A stretch of 64,000 bases of DNA. Origin: Polyangiales bacterium. GTDB lineage: Bacteria > Myxococcota_A > Polyangia > Polyangiales > Houyiibacteriaceae. The stretch covers positions 36,449 to 100,448 of the forward strand of contig JBGCFM010000012.1 in NCBI GenBank assembly GCA_045106895.1, given 5' to 3'. Numbering within the stretch: position 1 is the stretch's first letter; each line of letters begins with the position of its first letter. The notes beneath the pieces are model-generated. The model had not been told where the DNA came from and made no database searches. It worked only from the letters and a program-made list of their open reading frames with translations. Below, piece after piece: positions 57,748 through 64,000 of this stretch. Made by a program: the position numbers and the translations under genes.

Positions 57748-58892
57748 CGGACGCCGACTTCGTACGGCTGTTCGAGCTCCGCGTCGCCTACCGTAACGCC
57801 ACCGAGGGAGAGAAAGATCTCTTCCGCGACGCGCCGGTGGCCGAACTCTGTGAAGTGAAGCTCGTCGACCAAGAAGGGGTCGATGTCCTCCGCCATCGTC
57901 TGACGGTAGAGGTCCACGGCGACGAGTTCTTCGCCCACCAGACGGTCCGCGAGGGCTCGCATAATAGAGGCAAACTCGTTCTGAATGAGCGTGATCGCGG
58001 CGTCTGCGAGGCTGCCTGCGTTGGCGCGAATGAGCGACTGCCAGTTGTTGGACGCTGGGTAGTCAGGGTAGAGCAAGAACACGAAGTCTGCGTCTGGGTT
58101 GACGGCGCGAACGGACTCCACAATCGCCAGCACGCGCTCAAGAATCGCCAGCGCTTCTTCTTCTGCTTCTCCGCCAAGAGCGTCGAGGAGCGCCTGCATT
58201 CCGCCAGCGTTGAATAGGTTGCGCACGTAGTTGAGGAAGTCATTTCCGCCGAGAGACACAACGAAGAGGTCCGTGCCAGCGATCTCGTCTTGCAGCCTTT
58301 CGTAGTAGCGAGCGCCGACGCCCCACTCAAGGGAAGTGCTCCCCGAGACCGCGATATTGGTGCTCTCCACGTCCGTGATCATGTTCAAGCGCGAAGCGAG
58401 GACCGCGTCGAAACGCGGCCGTCCGCCAAAGACCGGAAGGCTGTCGCCAAAGGTAACCATCCGAAGCGAGCCGCCGTCGACGGCCTCGACCAAGTGCGGC
58501 GCCACGTTGTGTGTTGTCGCCGAGGTCTCTCCGCTGTCGAAGAGGTAGGTCCCCGTCGCCAGGTCGTCGAAGCGCGCGATGCCGTCCGGTCCGGTGACGG
58601 CCTCCGTGTCCCCGTTCATGCTGATGGCGCGAACGCTTTGGCCCGCAAGGGGCGTGTCGTTAGACGGGTCGAACCCAAAGCGTCGTCGCGTCCGGTTGTC
58701 TTCGCCCTCGTCCGTGTAGACTCGAACAAAGAGCCCCTGGGGCGCGGGTCCAGCGTCGAGCCCCGAGGCATCCACCGACGCGTCCGCCAAGCCGGCGTCC
58801 ATCAAGCTGGCGTCCATCGGCTCGAGGGGGGGTCCGGACTCCGAGCAAGCCGCAGACAGGCACAGGACGATCGAGAGAATTGAGGCGCGCAT
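57744..58892 (-). CDS. SGNH/GDSL hydrolase lipoprotein
   Basis: Lipobox AACS. FGDSL, AVSGS, LGGND, DELH. Confidence 0.88.
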   Translation of the reverse strand: MRASILSIVLCLSAACSESGPPLEPMDASLMDAGLADASVDASGLDAGPAPQGLFVRVYTDEGEDNRTRRRFGFDPSNDTPLAGQSVRAISMNGDTEAVTGPDGIARFDDLATGTYLFDSGETSATTHNVAPHLVEAVDGGSLRMVTFGDSLPVFGGRPRFDAVLASRLNMITDVESTNIAVSGSTSLEWGVGARYYERLQDEIAGTDLFVVSLGGNDFLNYVRNLFNAGGMQALLDALGGEAEEEALAILERVLAIVESVRAVNPDADFVFLLYPDYPASNNWQSLIRANAGSLADAAITLIQNEFASIMRALADRLVGEELVAVDLYRQTMAEDIDPFLVDELHFTEFGHRRVAEEIFLSLGGVTVGDAELEQPYEVGVR

Positions 58893-58967
58893 CGAACACG
58901 TTTAGCATGTCGGCAAACCCGCGCGCACTTACGACAGCCTCGCAGTACATTGCGCTATGATGGCGAC

Positions 58968-59633
58968 ATGGCGAAAGCCCCTCAAACCAAGAGCCTCGTC
59001 GGGCTCGTCTGCCTCGGCCTCTTCGTTCTCATCGGATGGCTTGGCCTCTTCTACATTCGCGAGCTGGGCCGAGCGTTTGGCAACGCGCCGCCTTCCCCGG
59101 ACGCCATCACCTACGTCGTAGGAGCCGTCGCTGTCTTCAGCCTGGTGTTCGCGAGCCTCGCCCTCTTCCAACGCGGCTCGCTTGCCCGGGTGTATGCCCT
59201 CGCGCCAATCGGCCTCGTCGTGCTCGGAGAAGTCCTCCTCATGGTCATCTACAGCGGCGCCGCTGATGAGCGCGCAAGTGAGCGCGCCGCACGCGCCGCG
59301 GCCATCGCCGCCCACGTCGCCACGCTCCCTCAAACCTACGTGGCGCCTCCCCGCGAATACGACCCCGAGTCATTTCTATTTCTGGACGAGCAAAGCGGAT
59401 TCTTGATGCGCATCGATCACGACACAAGCTCCGTCAATGTCGAGTGCCTCGGCTCCCTTTTGAGCGGGACGCTTTCTCTTGAGGAGGACTTTGAGCCAGT
59501 TCCCGGCGAGGAGGACTTCCTGGCCGGCTACGTCGACGGAAATGGACGCAGCCCCGTCGACGTATACGAGGTAGTTTACGTAGAACGCCTCAACCGACTT
59601 CTGTGCGACTACGAACGCTACGAGCTCAGGTAG
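58968..59633 (+). CDS. Hypothetical membrane protein (3 TM + acidic domain)
   Basis: ORF fills the gap and has three hydrophobic segments. Confidence 0.6.
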   Translation: MAKAPQTKSLVGLVCLGLFVLIGWLGLFYIRELGRAFGNAPPSPDAITYVVGAVAVFSLVFASLALFQRGSLARVYALAPIGLVVLGEVLLMVIYSGAADERASERAARAAAIAAHVATLPQTYVAPPREYDPESFLFLDEQSGFLMRIDHDTSSVNVECLGSLLSGTLSLEEDFEPVPGEEDFLAGYVDGNGRSPVDVYEVVYVERLNRLLCDYERYELR

Positions 59634-60888
59634 AAGGCTCCGGCCCCACGTAGCGCGCACGCACACGAAAGCGGTGGGCCTCTTCGGCGTACTCTTCAGC
59701 GGCGTGGGCGATCCAGCCCGCCGTCCGAGAGATCGCGAAGATCACCTCCCCAGCAGACGGCGGCATGCCCGCGAGGAAGGTCAGTGCGCCAAGGGCCAGA
59801 TCGATGTTGGGCACAGCGTCCGTGCGTGATCGAATCACATCGTGGACCTCAGACACCACGCGCAGGCGTGGGTCGTCATGCCATGCACGGGAGATCCAAA
59901 TCATGAGCTCTTCGCAGCGCGGGTCACGGGTCTCGTACACCTTGTGACCAAAGCCCGGAAGCACGCCAAGACGTCGCCGCGCCGCTCCCACGGCGTGCGC
60001 TGCACCTCGGCTTCCGGCGGCGCTCTCCAGCATCTCGTGAACCCCCGAACTCGCCGCGCCATGGAGCGCGCCGCCGACCACACCGAGGCCCGCGCACACC
60101 GCGGAATATGGGTCCGCGCGCACAGACCCGGCGACGCGCGCCGCGAAGTTGCTCGCCGCGAGACCGTGGTCGATGAGCAGCACCATCGCCGCGTTGAGCG
60201 CATCCCGTTGGATAGGCGGACCGTTTCGATCCGCAAGGGCCACCCACAGCCGATCCGCGAGCAGGTCTCCTTGAGGTGCCCCAGATTTTGCGTCGCGGAG
60301 TCCGTCGACCATGAGCGTGAGGAGCTGGCGCCCCGCCGCGCGAACGGAGCGAGCAGAGAGGTCATGGCGCATCGGGTCGCTCGCCGACGCAAAGGCGACG
60401 GTCGCGCGAAGTCTGTCGAGCCCCTGAGCCGCTGCGGGCATCTCGCTTTGAAGGTCGGCGACGCCGTCCAAGAGCTCCTGAGGAACGTTCCACACTTCGC
60501 CGTTGCCGGACTCCCACAGAATGTCCACGACGTCCTCGTAGGCCTCGCCACTCATGGACACGAGCTCGCGCCCGCGCACCCAAAGCCCGGCATCGTCAAC
60601 GCGCGTGATGGACGAGGCGATGTGCGGCTGCGGTAAAGGCTCGTCGGCTCGCGCGCGTCCGTTCATGAACTCGTCGATCTCTTCTGTATCAAAGAGACTC
60701 GAGCGTCCGTCAGCAGCGGTCTCTCTTCCGATGAGACCACGACTCACATACGCGTAGAGCGTCTGAACTTTCACGCCCAAACGCGCCGCCGCCTCCGTGC
60801 TGGTCAGTCGGCGCGGAGTGACTGGGTCCCGCCCCTGAAGCTCCGGGCGAGCGCGAACGGGCGTGGGTGTCCTGCGGGCACGAGGCAT
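59626..60888 (-). CDS. MerR/excisionase-like HTH fused to citrate synthase-like domain
   Basis: LTSTEAAARLGVKVQTLYAYVSRGLI. DHGL, LHGAA, GFGH, PNID, RTAGW. Confidence 0.9.
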   Translation of the reverse strand: MPRARRTPTPVRARPELQGRDPVTPRRLTSTEAAARLGVKVQTLYAYVSRGLIGRETAADGRSSLFDTEEIDEFMNGRARADEPLPQPHIASSITRVDDAGLWVRGRELVSMSGEAYEDVVDILWESGNGEVWNVPQELLDGVADLQSEMPAAAQGLDRLRATVAFASASDPMRHDLSARSVRAAGRQLLTLMVDGLRDAKSGAPQGDLLADRLWVALADRNGPPIQRDALNAAMVLLIDHGLAASNFAARVAGSVRADPYSAVCAGLGVVGGALHGAASSGVHEMLESAAGSRGAAHAVGAARRRLGVLPGFGHKVYETRDPRCEELMIWISRAWHDDPRLRVVSEVHDVIRSRTDAVPNIDLALGALTFLAGMPPSAGEVIFAISRTAGWIAHAAEEYAEEAHRFRVRARYVGPEPST

Positions 60889-60907
60889 GGGGGAGTCTAG
60901 CACTCAC

Positions 60908-60937
60908 ATTGACTCAATCAACATGTATTGAGTCAAC
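60908..60937. promoter_or_regulatory. Candidate operator: two ATTGA-N-TCAA(T) palindromes in inverted arrangement
   Basis: ATTGACTCAAT-CAACATGT-ATTGAGTCAAC, AT-rich island between divergent genes. Confidence 0.75.
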
Positions 60938-60973
60938 GTTGTCAGCCTATGCAAGCGACCTCAATATGAGCCC

Positions 60974-62074
60974 ATGGAAACAGCAAAAAACACTACAAAA
61001 AGCCCGCTTGTGGCTCCGCCTGGCCTCAAAGGAATGATCGTCGCCGAGACCCAAGTCGGTGGTGTTCGCGGCCAAGAAGGCTACTTCCACTACCGCGGCC
61101 GAAACGCCGTGGAGCTCGCTCGCAGCTCTTCCTTCGAAAGGGTCGCGGCACTTTTGCTCGGTGGCGACGCTATAGCGAACGCCCTCGGCGAAGCCCGCGC
61201 CCAGGACGAGGCGCTTGAGCCCCTCGTCGCGGCCATCGCCAAACGAAGCACGCCGCTCCAAGGCCTTGGCACACTCTTGCCCCTCCTCGGCGACCAACGC
61301 CCAAGCATCGACCTGACACCTCTTGAGCGCCAAGCGCTCGTCGTCCGTGTCATTGGCGCGGCACCTGTCCTGCTCGCGCAACTCCACCGCATCCGCATCG
61401 GCGATGCCCCTTTGCTGGCGGACCCCGCGGCCCCCCACGCCCACGACTACCTAAGGCTCGTCACCGGCTCAGCGTCCAACGAGCTCGCCTCCGCCGTGGA
61501 GCGCTACCTCATCCTCACCATGGACCACGGCTTCAACGCGTCGACGTTTACAAGCCGCGTCGTCACGAGCACCGGCGCCAGCGTAGGGAATGCCTTCGGC
61601 GCTGCCGTCGGTGCGCTGAGTGGTCCGCTTCATGGAGGCGCGCCAAGCCGAGTCCTCGACATGATCGAAGCCATCGGCGACGAAACGAACACCGAGTCCT
61701 GGGCCACCGCCGCCATGGAGCGCGGCGACAAGATCATGGGCTTTGGCCACGCCGTGTACCGCGCCGGCGACCCGCGCTCCTCGCTCTTGCGTGACGTCGC
61801 CCTTGGCCTCGGAGGCCCGCTGGTGAAACGCGCCGCGAGCATTGAAACACGCATGTTGGCGTTCCTGAAGGAGAGGAAACCCAACGCGACGCTCGTCACG
61901 AACGTGGAGTACTATGCCGCCATCGTGCTTCATCTCGCTGGCATTCCCCAGTCCATGTTCACGCCAACGTTTACCGCGAGTCGCGTCGTCGGCTGGGGCG
62001 CGCACATTCTGGAGCAGGCGAACAACAACAAGATCATCCGCCCCAGCGCACGCTATGTTGGGCCCGAGGTTTGA
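60974..62074 (+). CDS. Citrate synthase (short, CitA/methylcitrate synthase-like type)
   Basis: GL.G, YRG, DHGFNAST, GPLHGGA, MGFGH.VYR.DPR, TNVEYY, IIRP. Confidence 0.9.
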   Translation: METAKNTTKSPLVAPPGLKGMIVAETQVGGVRGQEGYFHYRGRNAVELARSSSFERVAALLLGGDAIANALGEARAQDEALEPLVAAIAKRSTPLQGLGTLLPLLGDQRPSIDLTPLERQALVVRVIGAAPVLLAQLHRIRIGDAPLLADPAAPHAHDYLRLVTGSASNELASAVERYLILTMDHGFNASTFTSRVVTSTGASVGNAFGAAVGALSGPLHGGAPSRVLDMIEAIGDETNTESWATAAMERGDKIMGFGHAVYRAGDPRSSLLRDVALGLGGPLVKRAASIETRMLAFLKERKPNATLVTNVEYYAAIVLHLAGIPQSMFTPTFTASRVVGWGAHILEQANNNKIIRPSARYVGPEV

Positions 62075-62075
62075 T

Positions 62076-62487
62076 AGGCTATTCGGCTGGCACAACGCTT
62101 CGCTGGGTCTCAGTTCAAGTTCGCTCTCATGTCCGTCCGGTTCGGGGCGTGCCCGCGTGGGCCCAAGGCCATTCGGCTGGCACAACGCTTAGCTGGGTCT
62201 CAACGATTCGCTCAGCGTTCCCTCTTCAAGTTTCGCCCTCAAGTTCGTCCGGTTCGGGGCGGGCCCGCGTGGGCCCAAGGCCATTCTGCTGGCTGGTGTC
62301 GCCGCCCCTTGCGGCGACACGAGGGCTCTCCCGTCGGTGCTTACGTCCATCGCGCGATTGGGCTTTGAGCGGCTCCGACATGCATGGACAGCTGCGGCGC
62401 GAAAGGTGTGAATGTGGCGTCGGCGCTCTTCCACTTTCGGGAGAGACGGCCTCGAAGCCTTGGGCCCACGCGGGCCCGACCCGAACC
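62076..62487. repeat. REP-like family A: 31-bp palindromic unit x3 within 90/112-bp tandem units
   Basis: GGTTCGGGNCG(G/T)GCCCGCGTGGGCCCAAGGC at 62139-62169 and 62251-62281, inverted at 62457-62487. AGGC(T/C)ATTC(G/T)GCTGGC at 62076, 62166, 62278. Confidence 0.85.
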
Positions 62488-62545
62488 TTCGTACGTTTCA
62501 AATCGCACGACGCTTATGGGGGTGGTTGGCGCACTTTCCGGGGGA

Positions 62546-62588
62546 CGCGTGTCCTGACAAAGACTTTGGGCCTTTGTCAGGACACGCG
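62546..62588. repeat. Perfect 17-bp inverted repeat
   Basis: CGCGTGTCCTGACAAAG-N9-CTTTGTCAGGACACGCG. Confidence 0.9.
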
Positions 62589-62621
62589 GGACCAGCATAC
62601 GAAGTGAGCGCGCGCATCCAA

Positions 62622-62968
62622 CCCCTGTGCGTTCCACGCGCCCGCCGAGCATCGAACACCTCGTTCTCCAAGCACCCGCGCATCCCGAGGACGCACCTGC
62701 GAGAGCAGGTGACCGCTGCGAGCGTAAGCGCCATCCCGCGCCACAGCCGGCGATCGACGCAGGTCCTAAGACCTGTCGGAGACCGCCATCCCTACCATGA
62801 GTCATGGTGGCTTCGCTGGATATGAAGGGCGCGGGATACGCACAGGGGGCGCAGCCGACTCCGCCGCACGAGACAACTTGTTGGCTCGTCTTGTAGAGCC
62901 GTCTGAGACGGCTTTACAAGCCACCGGCGATGGAGGCGCAGCCCCCTGTGCGTTCACGCGCCCGCCGA
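62622..62968. repeat. REP-like family B: CCCCTGTGCGT..CGCGCCC x3
   Basis: Direct copies at 62622-62648 and 62943-62968. Inverted copy at 62827-62850. Confidence 0.8.
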
Positions 62969-63023
62969 CACCTGGAACTAGAGCCGCCTAGTCTACGAGT
63001 GAGGAGTGACCTAGGATCACTGC

Positions 63024-63638
63024 ATGGAGCAACGTTCGCTCTCCCTCGCCCCCCACGAAAAACGCATCGAGCTTCCCGGTGCAGAGCTGACCTGGATCGA
63101 GGGGTTCATGGGTGGCGCGAGCGCGGACGCGCTCTTCGATGAACTGAGTCAGCAGGACGGCTGGCGACAGGACAGTCTAACGATGTTCGGCCGCCAGGTT
63201 CCGATCCCACGGCTGCATCGCTGGTACGCAGACCAAGGTCAGAGCTACTCTTGGTCAGGCATCACCATGCGCGCGGAGCGTTTCCCCTCATCCCTCGATA
63301 AGGCGCGCAAAGAGCTCGAGTCACGAACCGGCACCTGGTTCAACACCGCCCTCGCGAACCTCTACCGCGATGGCAACGACAGCGTCAGCTGGCACGCGGA
63401 CGACGAGCGTGAGCTTGGACCGAAGCCCCTCATCGCGAGTCTAAGTCTCGGAGCGCCGCGCAAGTTTCGTATGCGCAGGCGCGACGATCATGCCGAGCGC
63501 TTTGAGCTAACGCTCACGCACGGTTCGATGCTCGTGCTCGGCGGCAACACGCAACAAGAGTGGGAGCACTGTGTTCCGAAGACTCGTACGTTGGTGTCGC
63601 CGCGGGTAAACGTGACGTTTCGTTCGATGCACGAGTGA
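63024..63638 (+). CDS. alkB: AlkB-family 2OG-Fe(II) dioxygenase (ALKBH2/3-like)
   Basis: NLYRDGNDSVSWHADDE, SLSLGA.R.F, WEHCVPK, RVNVTFR. Confidence 0.9.
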   Translation: MEQRSLSLAPHEKRIELPGAELTWIEGFMGGASADALFDELSQQDGWRQDSLTMFGRQVPIPRLHRWYADQGQSYSWSGITMRAERFPSSLDKARKELESRTGTWFNTALANLYRDGNDSVSWHADDERELGPKPLIASLSLGAPRKFRMRRRDDHAERFELTLTHGSMLVLGGNTQQEWEHCVPKTRTLVSPRVNVTFRSMHE

Positions 63639-63641
63639 GCG

Positions 63642-64000
63642 CTAGCGGCACTCAAGATCATACGGGATTAGTTCGTCATCTGAGAACTCGCAGCTCACCG
63701 GCGGGCCGAGATCGCGATTCGTCTGTCGGAGAAAGACCGACTCCGTGCCCTCTCGTTCGTCTGCGAAAGATGACCAGCAGAAGTTCTCAAGGAGCCCCGT
63801 ACAGAGGGGTCGGGCGTCGCCGGCGACGATTGGGCACCTCGGCCAAGCCAAGCTTTCTTCGCCATCGCAGTTGAAGTCGACCGGGTCGCCGTCTCGCTCT
63901 CCGATGATCGGAGTGACGTATGATCCCATCGTTCCAGGAACCGCTCTGTCATCATCCGGCCCACAATCGCCGTTCTCCACAGCGAGGCCTTCCGGCGCGT
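63642..64000 (-). CDS. 3' end of a protein with MopE-related putative metal-binding motif
   Basis: GLAVENGDCGPDDDRAVPG...DFNCDGEE. Frame is open to the window edge. Confidence 0.65.
   Translation of the reverse strand, partial: APEGLAVENGDCGPDDDRAVPGTMGSYVTPIIGERDGDPVDFNCDGEESLAWPRCPIVAGDARPLCTGLLENFCWSSFADEREGTESVFLRQTNRDLGPPVSCEFSDDELIPYDLECR

Noticed and set aside
62088..62195. TGGCACAACGCTT(C/A)GC as sigma54 promoters
   Set aside because: GG-to-GC spacing is one base too long and the motif is part of a repeat unit.
62076..62300. CRISPR array interpretation of the repeats
   Set aside because: Only 2-3 units, the inter-repeat segments resemble each other, spacing is irregular (90/112 bp) and no cas genes are present.
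62071..62991. ORFs across the 62.1-63.0 kb region
   Set aside because: No recognisable motifs. Translations simply reflect the DNA repeats and hairpins.

Overview
A GC-rich, gene-dense bacterial chromosomal window of about 50 CDS. It most likely comes from Myxococcota (Polyangiales/Sandaracinaceae-like), inferred from three Hanks-type kinases, many Cys-rich lipoproteins and PPC/PEGA/AgmX-type domains. No rRNA, tRNA, CRISPR array or transposase was recognised. Housekeeping genes include fabH-like, htrA, HU, fadH, gluQ, ccmF-ccmH fusion, alkB-like and citrate synthases. Five features stand out. (1) A divergent locus with back-to-back sigma54-like promoters drives two paralogous Cys6-repeat lipoproteins one way. 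The other way it drives an exported lipoprotein with two lamin-tail domains and a phosphohistidine plus ATP-grasp dikinase module in glucan-water-dikinase order. (2) Two translationally coupled lipoproteins carry what look like complete BPI/LBP (TULIP) lipid-binding folds. (3) A catalytically dead 5'-nucleotidase is fused to an outer-membrane beta-barrel. (4) A divergent HTH-citrate synthase / citrate synthase pair shares a double-palindrome operator. (5) A ~950-bp non-coding mosaic holds two REP/REPIN-like repeat families and nested hairpins. All family calls come from motif recognition by eye, with no database searches.
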